A stretch of DNA of 61,836 bases from Candidatus Ryanbacteria bacterium (GCA_009691385.1 SICQ01000001.1:1-61836), one strand, 5' to 3'; counted from the stretch's first letter, positions 51,701 to 61,729 are shown. Program-made: numbers and translations. Notes: generated from the sequence alone by a model not told the origin.

Positions 51701-52733
51701 AATCAGTCTCAACAAGCACCGGTCGTAACATATCAAGGTCTTCAAGGATAATGCCTGTACCGCGCACCACGGCGGTCAACGGATCTTCAGCAACACGCAC
51801 CGGAATGCGCGTTTCTCGCTCGATAAGCGTTGCAAGTCCACGCAAAAGCGATCCTCCGCCAACGAGCACGATGCCGCGATGGATGATATCGGCAACTAGT
51901 TCGGGTGGCGTCACTTCGATTGTTTCTCGTACTGATTTGATAAGGGTGGCGACAGAACCACGCATTGCTTCGCGAATATCGACATCCGTCACCAACACCT
52001 CGCGAGGAAGACCTGTCACTAAATCTCGTCCGCGCATGGTTGCCTCAAGCGCCTTCGGCTGAGGCAATACGGACCCAATAGCAATCTTCAGGTCTTCTGC
52101 GGTGCGTTCGCCTAAAAGTAATTTGAACTCATCGCGCGCGTATTGGATGATATCGTTGTTGAGCCGGTCGCCTGCCACATGGAGATTTTTTGCCGCCACG
52201 ATGCCACCGAGCGAGACTACCGCGATATCGGTGGTGCCTCCGCCAATATCAACGATCATACTACCCATTGGATCTTGCACCTCAAGACGCACGCCTATGG
52301 CAGCGGCCATAGGCTCTTCTACTAAATACGCTTCTTTGGTACCCGCGGACAATGCCGCATCACGCACCGCTCTGCGCTCAACCTCTGTAATACCTGATGG
52401 AATACCGACTACCACGCGCGGACGGGTAAACATTGATGAACGACCGCCTAAAGCCCGCTTGATAAAATACCGAAGCATCTCTTCGGTTACCTCAAAATCA
52501 GAGATGACACCGTTGACGAGAGGCCTTACCGCTACGATATGACTAGGCGTGCGCCCTACCATACGCTTTGCCTCAGCGCCGACAGCGACTACATGGCCCG
52601 TCTTTTGATTGATAGCAATCACGGAAGGCTCGTCAATCACAATACCGCGCCCACTCACATATACGAGTGTGTTTGCAGTACCGAGATCAATGCCGATATC
52701 ACTGCGCGTCATCGGGAAATATTTTTCTAACAT
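51681..52733 (-). CDS. mreB: rod shape-determining protein MreB
   Basis: MLEKYFPMTRSDIGIDLGTANTLVY parallels the E. coli MreB N-terminus. Actin-fold phosphate and adenosine motifs are present (DIGGGTTD, GGGSLLRG). Confidence 0.95.
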   Translation of the reverse strand: MLEKYFPMTRSDIGIDLGTANTLVYVSGRGIVIDEPSVIAINQKTGHVVAVGAEAKRMVGRTPSHIVAVRPLVNGVISDFEVTEEMLRYFIKRALGGRSSMFTRPRVVVGIPSGITEVERRAVRDAALSAGTKEAYLVEEPMAAAIGVRLEVQDPMGSMIVDIGGGTTDIAVVSLGGIVAAKNLHVAGDRLNNDIIQYARDEFKLLLGERTAEDLKIAIGSVLPQPKALEATMRGRDLVTGLPREVLVTDVDIREAMRGSVATLIKSVRETIEVTPPELVADIIHRGIVLVGGGSLLRGLATLIERETRIPVRVAEDPLTAVVRGTGIILEDLDMLRPVLVETDYETAIS

Positions 52734-53953
52734 ACTAACTTTATAAACGATGCGGTATCCATTAATGTTGCATCGGACTCGGTGCGTTTTTTAACCTCGA
52801 TCTTACCTTCTTTGACTGTCTTATCAGAAATCACCACACGCCACGGAATACCGATAAGATCAGCATCAGAGAATCGCTCGCCCGGTGTCTTGCCTTCACG
52901 ATCATCAAATAAAACTTCTACACCTTTTTGCTCAAGATCAAACATGACTTTTCGTGCCTCTTCTTGCACTGATGCGGAAAGTGCCAATATATGCACACGA
53001 AACGGTGCTACTGACTCCGGCCAGATAATGCCACGATCATCGTGAGAGACTTCTACGATGGTACCTACAAGCCGCCCCGGGCCGATGCCGTACGACCCCA
53101 TCACCACGGGTTTTTTCTCGCCTTTCTCATCAGTAAATGAGAGACCGAATGCCTCAGAAAACTTGGTACCAAGCTTAAAGATATTACCTACCTCAATACT
53201 TTTGCTTGTTGCGAGGGGCTTTTTGCAGTTTGGACATTGGGTAACATCGCCAATAATCTCTTTGTTGCGGGCAAAAGCGCATTCTTTGCAATAAATAATC
53301 TCGTCCTCACCTGCTTCTGACACCACCTGAAACTCATGGGAATATTCTTTGGTGAACGCGCCACCTGATGCCTCCACACAATATGCTTTGAGGCCCACGC
53401 GTTCAAAAATTTTGTGATACGCACTTTTAGCAATCTCGTAAAACGAATCGAGCTCTTCGCGCGATGCATTAAAACTATACAGATCCTTCATCAAAAACTC
53501 GCGGCCACGAATGACACCGGACTTGGCGCGGGGCTCATCACGAAACTTTGTCTGTATCTGATAAACATACTGCGGAAGATCGCGATACGAACTGATGTGC
53601 GAAAGAGCAATCTTTGTCACCGCCTCTTCATGTGTCCACCCCAAACAAAAATCGCGCTTGCTTCTGTCTTGCAATTTATATGCCTCTTCTACTTTCCAGC
53701 GGTCAGTAGTCTCCCATAAGTCACGGGGCTGCAAGGTCGGCATATGGAGCTCCACTCCGCCAATAGCATTCATCTCCTCGCGGATGATGTTATTGACATT
53801 TTCGAGCACGCGCCAACCAAGTGGCAGATAGGTCCAAACACCAGCAACCAATTTATCGACAAATCCACCCCGAATCAAAAGCTCCGCGTTGACACTTACA
53901 TCGTCTTTTGGCGCTTCTCGTAGCGTTTTTGCAAATAAATGTGACTGCAGCAT
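52727..53953 (-). CDS. proS: prolyl-tRNA synthetase, bacterial-like core without the INS editing domain
   Basis: Motif 2 FRDEPRAKSGVIRGREFLMKDLYSF, motif 3 GSYGIGPGRL and a C-terminal anticodon-binding domain. Only 408 aa. Confidence 0.9.
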   Translation of the reverse strand: MLQSHLFAKTLREAPKDDVSVNAELLIRGGFVDKLVAGVWTYLPLGWRVLENVNNIIREEMNAIGGVELHMPTLQPRDLWETTDRWKVEEAYKLQDRSKRDFCLGWTHEEAVTKIALSHISSYRDLPQYVYQIQTKFRDEPRAKSGVIRGREFLMKDLYSFNASREELDSFYEIAKSAYHKIFERVGLKAYCVEASGGAFTKEYSHEFQVVSEAGEDEIIYCKECAFARNKEIIGDVTQCPNCKKPLATSKSIEVGNIFKLGTKFSEAFGLSFTDEKGEKKPVVMGSYGIGPGRLVGTIVEVSHDDRGIIWPESVAPFRVHILALSASVQEEARKVMFDLEQKGVEVLFDDREGKTPGERFSDADLIGIPWRVVISDKTVKEGKIEVKKRTESDATLMDTASFIKLVC

Positions 53954-54001
53954 GGGGGTATAGTAGCACCCACCCCTCCAAATTGAAAATACCTGAATAA
54001 C

Positions 54002-55051
54002 TTATATAAGCCGCGCGATATCCTGCCAGCTTACCCAGAGAAGAAACCCGATAAGAACCAAAAAGAAAAACGAGTGGATATAGCCCGCAACCCGAGCTGG
54101 AATGGGCCTACGAATTATTTTTTCAACCACAAAAAAGGCAATGCGCCCGCCATCGAGCGCGGGAATTGGCAAGATATTGATAACCGCAAGATGAAGTGAT
54201 AGCAAAGCAATGAGAAACAAAAATTCACGGATACCGACGCGAAATGTTTCTTGCGCGACGCCTGCGATACCAATCGGTCCTACTACTTCGCCTGGGACTT
54301 CGGCGCCCGTAAATAAACTACCAAAAAACGCTACCATGCCTTCTGCGATAAGCTTCAAGAAATTGCCCGTCATCTTCGCACCAGCGATAGGTGCCATAAA
54401 AATTGATTTGCGGACGATCTCGGTTTGGATATTGTTGATGCGTACACCCAGCGGACCTTGGCCTTCAGGAGGATTAGTGCGTGGGCCTGCGAACACATGC
54501 AACTCGCCACCGTTGCGCAGTATCAAAAATTCTGCCTGACGGCCTCGCTTGCTATCAATATACATATGAACTTCGGCTACATTGATACTCTCAAGACGCT
54601 CGCCCTCAAACCCTACAATCCTGTCACCTACTACAAAACCCGCGAGTTGAGCAGGAGAGTTCGGCGCTACCTCCTCAATGGCAACTTCAAAACGCGGGAC
54701 ACCGTGCCACGCGACATACGACAAGATTAAAAAACCAACCAAAACATTGGCGATGACCCCCGCGGCAACCACGAGCGATTTTACGCCGATACCGCGAGAT
54801 GAAAAACTGCGTGGATCGTCTTTGTCTTCGTCTTCACCAAAAATACGCACAAACCCACCAAACGGTAGCCAATTTATTGAATAGAGTGTCTCACCTCGCT
54901 TGATACCAAACATGCGCGGAGGCAACCCTACGCCAAACTCATCGACACGGATACCAAACCATTTGGCCGTCAAAAAATGCCCAAGCTCGTGTGATACGAC
55001 AAGGAGTAGGACGACAAGAATAAAAATAAAAACCGCCTCTATGATACCCAT
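54002..55051 (-). CDS. rseP: RIP site-2 metalloprotease (RseP/M50) with PDZ
   Basis: HELGHF zinc motif, a PDZ segment, and NILPIPALDGG. Confidence 0.9.
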   Translation of the reverse strand: MGIIEAVFIFILVVLLLVVSHELGHFLTAKWFGIRVDEFGVGLPPRMFGIKRGETLYSINWLPFGGFVRIFGEDEDKDDPRSFSSRGIGVKSLVVAAGVIANVLVGFLILSYVAWHGVPRFEVAIEEVAPNSPAQLAGFVVGDRIVGFEGERLESINVAEVHMYIDSKRGRQAEFLILRNGGELHVFAGPRTNPPEGQGPLGVRINNIQTEIVRKSIFMAPIAGAKMTGNFLKLIAEGMVAFFGSLFTGAEVPGEVVGPIGIAGVAQETFRVGIREFLFLIALLSLHLAVINILPIPALDGGRIAFFVVEKIIRRPIPARVAGYIHSFFFLVLIGFLLWVSWQDIARLI

Positions 55052-55053
55052 AC

Positions 55054-55605
55054 TTATCCTGAAATCTCCTGCGCCTTTTTTTCTTCGGCAGCGAGAATCT
55101 TTTTATTAAACTCATCGACAAGTTTTTGGACGCCTTCACGCGTGCGGAATTTCATATCTTCGGAGATCATTTTACTCTTTTCCATTTCTTCGGCGGATTT
55201 CATGGCGTGATCGCGCACTCTGCGTACGCTGATACGGATATCCTCCACCTTGCGCCCGAGGATTTTGAGTATCTCGCCTCTTCGTTCTTCGGAAAGCTGC
55301 GGCAAGGTAAGACGAATAAACTTCTCCTCAACAGTGACCCCAAAACCAAAATTTGATGAGACAAACGCATTTTGAATCTCGGACAACACTGATACATCCC
55401 ACGGCTGTACGATAATAGTACGCGCATCAGGTACGGACAGTGACGCGAGCTCGCGCAGTGGCATCTTGTTGCCGTAGGCAGGCACCAATATATTTTCTAC
55501 CAGTGCTGGTGTCGCGCGCGCCGAATGAATCACTGCAATATCAGCATTGAGACGCGCGAGCGTAGATTCGAGTTCTTTTTTTGTATTATTGAGTAGTTCC
55601 TGCAT
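55054..55605 (-). CDS. frr: ribosome recycling factor
   Basis: From the ATG at 55605: MQELLNNTKKELE...IHSARATPALVENI...IVQPWD...RRVRDHA is the RRF pattern. The ORF extension to 55764 is rejected. Confidence 0.9.
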   Translation of the reverse strand: MQELLNNTKKELESTLARLNADIAVIHSARATPALVENILVPAYGNKMPLRELASLSVPDARTIIVQPWDVSVLSEIQNAFVSSNFGFGVTVEEKFIRLTLPQLSEERRGEILKILGRKVEDIRISVRRVRDHAMKSAEEMEKSKMISEDMKFRTREGVQKLVDEFNKKILAAEEKKAQEISG

Positions 55606-56662
55606 AAAGATGTTTTGGTTGATTGGGGTCGATAACAAGTGAAGTAATATCTTTTTTCTCTGATAGTGATGTCTGACGCCAAGTGATGCCGCCGTCGTCA
55701 GTACGATATATCTGATTGCCCGATGTTGTCCAGAAGACTTCGGCAAAATGCGGATGAGTAGCAATCGTCATGATAGGAGCACCACCGGAGGGTATGGGCA
55801 TGCGAATCGTACGCCAAGAGACCCCGAAATCGCTCGACTCGCCCAAACCATAGTTTGTAGCCGCAAAGAGTGCGCGGCGCATCGCATGGAATCCGAGTTG
55901 ATGTATCTTGGATACTTTAACTCCATCAAATGCGACGCGAGGCAATTCCTTCCATAGTCTTCCACGACTATCGGATTGAAACAAGGATCCTTTGCTATCG
56001 AGCGCCCATACCACACCATCGGGCTCGCCGTCATCCCAAAAGCGTGCAATGCCGGTGCCGATGCGCGAAATCGGCTCCCATGTGCGCGACCTACCTCCAT
56101 CGCGCGCCTCAAATACCGTACCGTCAGCAACCGCTATTGTAATATGAGCGGCGTCTCCCGTATCAACCGTAAGTCCCGTGATATCAAAACGATCAAGTGA
56201 CGCCCTAAAGATCTCTTCTGCGTTATCTTCAGTAAGCTTTATGACGCGCGCGCGACTATCTTGCGTGGCGCCGATAAAAAGCTGAGTCCCGTCAGTATTT
56301 TGCGCAAGTGCTGTGATGCGGGTATTGTCAGCAAGAATGCCTTTGGGATCTCGCACATGTTCGGCGTTCTGCGATTCTCTGCGCACGATAAAAAGGCCGG
56401 AGCGCTCGGTACCGATATAGAGCTGACCCGATCCGCCTGATTTAAAAACGAGCACACGGGGTACAGCGTCGCCCAGTCCCGCAATACCTTTCCACGACGC
56501 ACTGCCATCATCTGAGAAAAAAAGCTTTGAATCAGCGGCCGCAAGCGGATTCTTATCAGTAGCGGGCGCTGCGGGTTGGTTGCGCAACACAATAAAGGTC
56601 ACGAGCGTCCCCGCCAGAGCGACCCCAATGATAATAAGAAAGACAATAACTATTCGCGGCAT
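55586..56662 (-). CDS. membrane-anchored BNR/Asp-box beta-propeller protein
   Basis: N-terminal TM helix. Repeated Asp-boxes SDDGSASW, RDGGRSRTW, SSDFGVSW and TDDGGITW. It overlaps the frr start by 20 nt. Confidence 0.75.
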   Translation of the reverse strand: MPRIVIVFLIIIGVALAGTLVTFIVLRNQPAAPATDKNPLAAADSKLFFSDDGSASWKGIAGLGDAVPRVLVFKSGGSGQLYIGTERSGLFIVRRESQNAEHVRDPKGILADNTRITALAQNTDGTQLFIGATQDSRARVIKLTEDNAEEIFRASLDRFDITGLTVDTGDAAHITIAVADGTVFEARDGGRSRTWEPISRIGTGIARFWDDGEPDGVVWALDSKGSLFQSDSRGRLWKELPRVAFDGVKVSKIHQLGFHAMRRALFAATNYGLGESSDFGVSWRTIRMPIPSGGAPIMTIATHPHFAEVFWTTSGNQIYRTDDGGITWRQTSLSEKKDITSLVIDPNQPKHLYAGTTQ

Positions 56663-57177
56663 ATCTCTTCATATTCTACCAAAGATTGCGCGCTTATGCG
56701 CGCATTGGTACGGAGTATATCCACACGCCCTTGGCGGCGCAGACGATCTGCCGCGTCACGCGATACCTTACCGGTCTTGCGTATTGTATCTTCAAAGCGC
56801 GCAAGTGCGCCTGATACACCTTCTTCCATAAAAGACTGTGCAGTCAGCCGAGACAATAGAGTTACGGGAATATCCGCAGAATCTGACACGAGAAAAAATA
56901 CGGAACCCGCCGGCGGCTCCTCGAGCGTCTTGAGCATCGCTTGTGTAGCTTCGTGCGTCATAAGATCGGCCTGATGCACCACAAATGCTTGCGTATCACC
57001 TCCTACCGAAAGCATCGCTTTGTGCTGGATCTCATGTGCGTCATCGATACCGAGCGGCTTTTCGAGACCGAAAGTAAAACGAAAGCGTGGATTGAGTACA
57101 TCAAGATGCACAACGAGAGCGGCGTCGCGCGCTGCTGCGTCACTGCCGTAAAGAAAATATGCGTGAGTATGCGCCAT
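56650..57177 (-). CDS. holB: DNA polymerase III delta-prime-like protein, truncated (175 aa)
   Basis: HAYFLYGSD... then AFVVHQADLMTHEATQAMLKTLEEPP...LLSR. The LKTLEEPP clamp-loader signature is present. The P-loop is degenerate (GSDAAARD) and there is no C-terminal domain. Confidence 0.7.
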   Translation of the reverse strand: MAHTHAYFLYGSDAAARDAALVVHLDVLNPRFRFTFGLEKPLGIDDAHEIQHKAMLSVGGDTQAFVVHQADLMTHEATQAMLKTLEEPPAGSVFFLVSDSADIPVTLLSRLTAQSFMEEGVSGALARFEDTIRKTGKVSRDAADRLRRQGRVDILRTNARISAQSLVEYEEICRE

Positions 57178-57178
57178 G

Positions 57179-58192
57179 CTAGCGCTTGGTCATGATACTC
57201 TTTTTATAAGTTTCCAAATGTTCAAGTGCTTTGCCCGTACCACGCGCGACACACAAAAGTGGATCTTCAGCTATGTGAGCAGGCACGCCAGTTGAGCGAT
57301 ACACGAGCTCATCAACATTGCGTAGGAGCGCGCCACCGCCCGTCATCATGATGCCGGTCGTCGTAATATCCGCGGCGAGCTCGGGAGGCGTATCCTGTAA
57401 GACAAGCTTGATCGCCTTCATGATCTCGGCCATCGGCTCTTTGATGGCTTCTACAATTTCGTTTGTTTTGATTTCAGCGCTTCGTGGAAGACCCGTCAGA
57501 TAGTCACGACCCTTTACTATAGTAGAGAGTTCTTCTTTGAGTGGGACCGCCGAACCAATACTAATCTTGAGATCTTCGGCGGTGCGATCACCGATCGCAA
57601 GATTGAATCGTTCTTTTATATAATCAGCAATCGCCTGATCTATTTTGTTCCCCGCTACTTTCGCGGAGGTAGACGCCACGATGCCACCAAGCGATATGAC
57701 CGCCGCGTCAGTCGTGCCACCACCAATATCTACCACCATATGACCACGCGCTTCTTGGATAGGAATACCCGCGCCAATGGCGGCCAAGATTGGCTCTTTG
57801 ACCACATACGCAGATTTTGCACCGGCCTTGAGTGCTGCCTCTACGACGGCTCGGCGTTCGGTTGATGTCACACCCGCGGGCGCCGATACCATAACTTCTG
57901 GCTTGAAAATACGAGGATTGGGAAGTGCTTTATTGATAAAATAACGAAGCATTGCTTCGGTCACGCGATAATCAGCGATGACACCATCACGAAGCGGACG
58001 GTACGCGATGATACTCTCGGGCGTACGGCCAATCATTTGTTTTGCTTCGTCCCCCACCGCCAACACTCGATGATTGAGAACTGAAATGGCGACGACGGAT
58101 GGCTCATTGAGAATAACGCCTTTGCGCGGCATAAAAACCAGCGTGTTCGCCGTACCAAGATCAATGCCTAGTTGTTTGGTAAAAAAGCCCAT
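57179..58192 (-). CDS. MreB paralogue (Mbl-like actin homologue)
   Basis: MGFFTKQLGIDLGTANTLVF..., DIGGGTTD, GGGALLRN. The ATG at 58192 is preferred over 58231. Confidence 0.9.
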   Translation of the reverse strand: MGFFTKQLGIDLGTANTLVFMPRKGVILNEPSVVAISVLNHRVLAVGDEAKQMIGRTPESIIAYRPLRDGVIADYRVTEAMLRYFINKALPNPRIFKPEVMVSAPAGVTSTERRAVVEAALKAGAKSAYVVKEPILAAIGAGIPIQEARGHMVVDIGGGTTDAAVISLGGIVASTSAKVAGNKIDQAIADYIKERFNLAIGDRTAEDLKISIGSAVPLKEELSTIVKGRDYLTGLPRSAEIKTNEIVEAIKEPMAEIMKAIKLVLQDTPPELAADITTTGIMMTGGGALLRNVDELVYRSTGVPAHIAEDPLLCVARGTGKALEHLETYKKSIMTKR

Positions 58193-58205
58193 TGGTGCCC
58201 TAACC

Positions 58206-59486
58206 CTATGATTTTTTACGCTCGATAGCAACCCCGATGCGACGCAAACGCATCTCTATTTTTTCGTAGCCACGATCAATTTTATAAATACCCTCAAGTA
58301 CTGACGGCCCTTTGGCAATTGCGGCTGCGATGACAAACGCAAGGCCCGCACGAATATCAGGACTTTCCATGTGTCTTCCTCGAAGTTCGGTGGGGCCATT
58401 GACCAAAACGCGATGCGGATCGCATATGGTAATCGCAGCGCCCATACGATTCAGATCGTCGATATAGGCTAGTCGCCCCTCAAAAATTGTTTCAAACACC
58501 AAACTTGCGCCGCGCGCGCGCGTAAGCAGTACGGTAAATGGCGCCTGTAAATCGGTTGGGAATCCTGGATACTCGCGTGTCTTTATCATATCAATCGGCT
58601 TGAGCTTACCTTTACTCTCAATAAGCATAAAATCCTTACCCGCAGTCACGCGCACACCCATCTCACGCAAAATCTCTATCGGTACCGCCAAATGTTCGGG
58701 GTTGCATGAAGTAATTTTTACCTTGCCACCTCGCGCAGCGACAAGAGCCGCAAAACTGCCCGCCTCGATTCTATCAGGCAATGTCGCAAATTGACCGGGA
58801 CCTTCGAGAAGTTTTCCATCTGTACCTTCAATAGTAATAGTAGGAGTGCCAGCACCATGAATACGCGCACCCAACGAATTGAGAAAATCGGCCAAATGTG
58901 GAATCTCAGGTTCGAGTGCCGCATTGCGGAGCACCGTCGTGCCATGCGCAAGGACCGCTGAGAACATCATGGCTTCGGTACCTGTAACGCTTACCTTATA
59001 AAAAGTGATATCAGCACCATGCAGGCGTGACGCGGAAAACTCATACTCATCACCTACCAGGCGCATGCGCGCGCCCATGGCACTCCAGCCGTGTACAAAA
59101 AGATCTATGGGTCGTTTGCCAAGCACACACCCACCGGGGAACGGAAAACGCACCTTGCCTTGGCGTGCGAGTAAAGGACCTGCGAGCACGATTGATGCGC
59201 GAATCTGTTCGGCGATGTCACGGCGCAAGATATGCCCTTTGATATGTGAAGCGTTGAGCGTACATACTCGAGTAGTTCTATCTGTCATCTGTACACCAAG
59301 TGACTTGAGAAGCTCGAGCGTGCGCCGCACATCTTCTATATCGGGCATGTTGGTATACGCGATATCACCCCTTGTAAGGAGTACCGCCGCAAGCCCCTTG
59401 AGAATGTCGTTTTTTGCACCTCGCACCTCGATAGTACCGCGCAACGGCTTTGTAGACCCCGAAATATGAAAAACAGCTTTTGCCAT
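58206..59486 (-). CDS. murA: UDP-N-acetylglucosamine 1-carboxyvinyltransferase
   Basis: VRGAKNDILKGLAAVLL and the catalytic-Cys loop PGGCVLGKRPIDL. Full length. Confidence 0.95.
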   Translation of the reverse strand: MAKAVFHISGSTKPLRGTIEVRGAKNDILKGLAAVLLTRGDIAYTNMPDIEDVRRTLELLKSLGVQMTDRTTRVCTLNASHIKGHILRRDIAEQIRASIVLAGPLLARQGKVRFPFPGGCVLGKRPIDLFVHGWSAMGARMRLVGDEYEFSASRLHGADITFYKVSVTGTEAMMFSAVLAHGTTVLRNAALEPEIPHLADFLNSLGARIHGAGTPTITIEGTDGKLLEGPGQFATLPDRIEAGSFAALVAARGGKVKITSCNPEHLAVPIEILREMGVRVTAGKDFMLIESKGKLKPIDMIKTREYPGFPTDLQAPFTVLLTRARGASLVFETIFEGRLAYIDDLNRMGAAITICDPHRVLVNGPTELRGRHMESPDIRAGLAFVIAAAIAKGPSVLEGIYKIDRGYEKIEMRLRRIGVAIERKKS

Positions 59487-59545
59487 AGTTGCTTCATGAT
59501 AGAGGTTCTTGCGCTCTGGGGCAAGAATTCCTATAGTCAGTAGTA

Positions 59546-60463
59546 ATGACTAAACGGCGCAGAAAAGTACTCTTTTGGATGCTGACCACACTCTTTGTAT
59601 CGCTCGGTGTGCCACTCATCCTCTATTCATTTGGCTATCGCGTTGAGCGAGAACCCGCATGGCGGATCGTGCGCGCAGGTGGACTTCTGGTAGCGCCGAC
59701 ACCCACAACGGGCGTGCGTATTTTTGTCGACAATATTTTGGAGCGCGAGACAAATATTTTTACTCGTGAACTTTTTTTGCAGGGCCTGACACCGCGCAAG
59801 TACCGCGTACGACTTGAGAAAGATGGATACTACTCGTGGGAAAAAACGCTACGGGTCTACCCTGCCCAAGTTGTCCGTGCGGAAGCGTTACTGATACCAA
59901 CAGCGGAACCTCGAAAACTCACGCACGGAGAATACACCGCCATGCAATTTCTTGATAACGACGAACAAGCGCTTATCATGACAAAACCGCGTCGTACGTT
60001 TGATCTCTTTTCGCTTGATAACCAAACGACTACCAAGCTTACGACTGCCAGCGCCATAAGCACCGCGACCACAACCCATACAAAAATCGTGCGAGATTTT
60101 ATTGCGTCAAAAAATCTGGCTACATTTGCGTATGAGCCATCACGCATCGTGTGGTGGGATACCCACAGCATTTGGATCAAATGGCTCGACGGCGAAGCGT
60201 ATCTGCCTACCTATGCTGGACATGACGAAATAAAGCTCCTCACACTCGCGGGCACCATTCGTAATATTGTTTTTTATCCTGCCCGAGAAGCTGTGATCGT
60301 CGCGACTGATACGAGCGTTGAGATTATTGAACTTGATGGCCGTGATCGACACAATAGCTTCACTATCTTTCGTGGTGCAAACCCCAAGATACTCGCCTCA
60401 ACCCAAAACGAGACGCTCTACATCCTCTCGGAGGGAGTGCTCTGGTCAACTCCCCTTTTGTAA
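59546..60463 (+). CDS. membrane-anchored PEGA-domain protein
   Basis: TM helix VLFWMLTTLFVSLGVPLILY, then GVRIFVDNIL...LTPRKYRVRLEKDGYYSWEKTLRV (PEGA-like beta-sandwich). Confidence 0.6.
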   Translation: MTKRRRKVLFWMLTTLFVSLGVPLILYSFGYRVEREPAWRIVRAGGLLVAPTPTTGVRIFVDNILERETNIFTRELFLQGLTPRKYRVRLEKDGYYSWEKTLRVYPAQVVRAEALLIPTAEPRKLTHGEYTAMQFLDNDEQALIMTKPRRTFDLFSLDNQTTTKLTTASAISTATTTHTKIVRDFIASKNLATFAYEPSRIVWWDTHSIWIKWLDGEAYLPTYAGHDEIKLLTLAGTIRNIVFYPAREAVIVATDTSVEIIELDGRDRHNSFTIFRGANPKILASTQNETLYILSEGVLWSTPLL

Positions 60464-61729
60464 ATCGCCGGCGAGCGCTTGGGCTACGCGCCATACATCA
60501 CCTGCGCCCATCGTAACTACCACACAATCTTGCTTTATCTTTTCGCGGGTGAGCGTGAGTGCATCATCAATATTTGCGGCAAACATCGTATGCGCGTGAT
60601 GTTTTGCTACTTCTTCAAAAAGATTTTTCCCTGTGACCTCGCCTACCTGTTCGCGCGCTGAGCTATAGATATCGAGAATGACCACCTCATCGCTATCACC
60701 AAAAGCAGTAGCAAAATCGCCCAAAAATGTTTTTGTGCGAGAATAGGTGTGTGGCTGGAAAAGCGCGATGATATGGCGATTGCCATAATGATTGCGCAGT
60801 GCCGATAGCGTTGCCCGTATCTCGGTCGGATGATGCGCGTAGTCATCGAGAACGACTACCGGCGCTTCAGCAAGCGTATAGAGTTCCATACGACGCTTCG
60901 TACCACGAAAACCCGTGAGTGCTTTTATTGAGATCTTTTGTTCAATACCCAATGCGTCTGCAAGCATCAAAGCTCCAGCGGCATTCTCGCGATTGTGCTT
61001 GCCCCATAGCGTCAGATTGGTAGATGCATCAAGCTCGCTAAAAAATATTACACGAACTTTTGTACTAGATTCCGCCACCAAACCTCTCAAACTTTCATGC
61101 GCCACCACGATGCCATCGGTTGGTACTAGCCCTATAAGTTGTCTAAATACATTTTTATATTCTTCTTCGTTCTTATAAAAGTCAGGGTGATCATACTCAA
61201 CATTAGTGAGTAACACCGCGTAGGGTTTGAGTGCCAGAATCTTTGCCTGGTACTCATCGCCCTCTACTACCATCCATTCGCCAGAACCCGTGCGCACCGT
61301 ACGATGCCACTCGACAAGCTCGCCACCGATGACGGCAGTGGGATCAAATCCTGCATCCTCGAGTATGCGTGCGAGCATTGCGCTTGTCGTCGTCTTGCCG
61401 TGCGTACCTGTCACGACGATTCCCTTTTTTGCATTAAACAGCTCTGCGAGCGCCTCACTATATGACGCGATAGCTATTCCAAGTTCTCTCGCACGCGCTA
61501 CTTGCGGATGATCTGCACCATACGCGCTTGAGTACACAAGCTTTGTGATATCAGCGGTAATATGGGAAATATCAAACGACACGACCGAGATGCCAAGTTT
61601 TTTTAAAATCTCATCAGTAAAAAACTCTTCTGCGACATCAGAGCCAATAACCTCATGCCCCCATTCTTTATAGAGCGTAGCGATGCCAACAACGCCAACG
61701 CCTTTGATGCCAACAAAAAAATACTTCAT
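60446..61729 (-). CDS. murC: UDP-N-acetylmuramate--L-alanine ligase
   Basis: FVGIKGVGVVGIATLYKEWGHEVIGSD N-terminus and GTHGKTTTSAML P-loop. The ATG at 61729 is preferred over 61804. The 3' end overlaps the convergent PEGA gene by 18 nt. Confidence 0.9.
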   Translation of the reverse strand: MKYFFVGIKGVGVVGIATLYKEWGHEVIGSDVAEEFFTDEILKKLGISVVSFDISHITADITKLVYSSAYGADHPQVARARELGIAIASYSEALAELFNAKKGIVVTGTHGKTTTSAMLARILEDAGFDPTAVIGGELVEWHRTVRTGSGEWMVVEGDEYQAKILALKPYAVLLTNVEYDHPDFYKNEEEYKNVFRQLIGLVPTDGIVVAHESLRGLVAESSTKVRVIFFSELDASTNLTLWGKHNRENAAGALMLADALGIEQKISIKALTGFRGTKRRMELYTLAEAPVVVLDDYAHHPTEIRATLSALRNHYGNRHIIALFQPHTYSRTKTFLGDFATAFGDSDEVVILDIYSSAREQVGEVTGKNLFEEVAKHHAHTMFAANIDDALTLTREKIKQDCVVVTMGAGDVWRVAQALAGDLQKGS

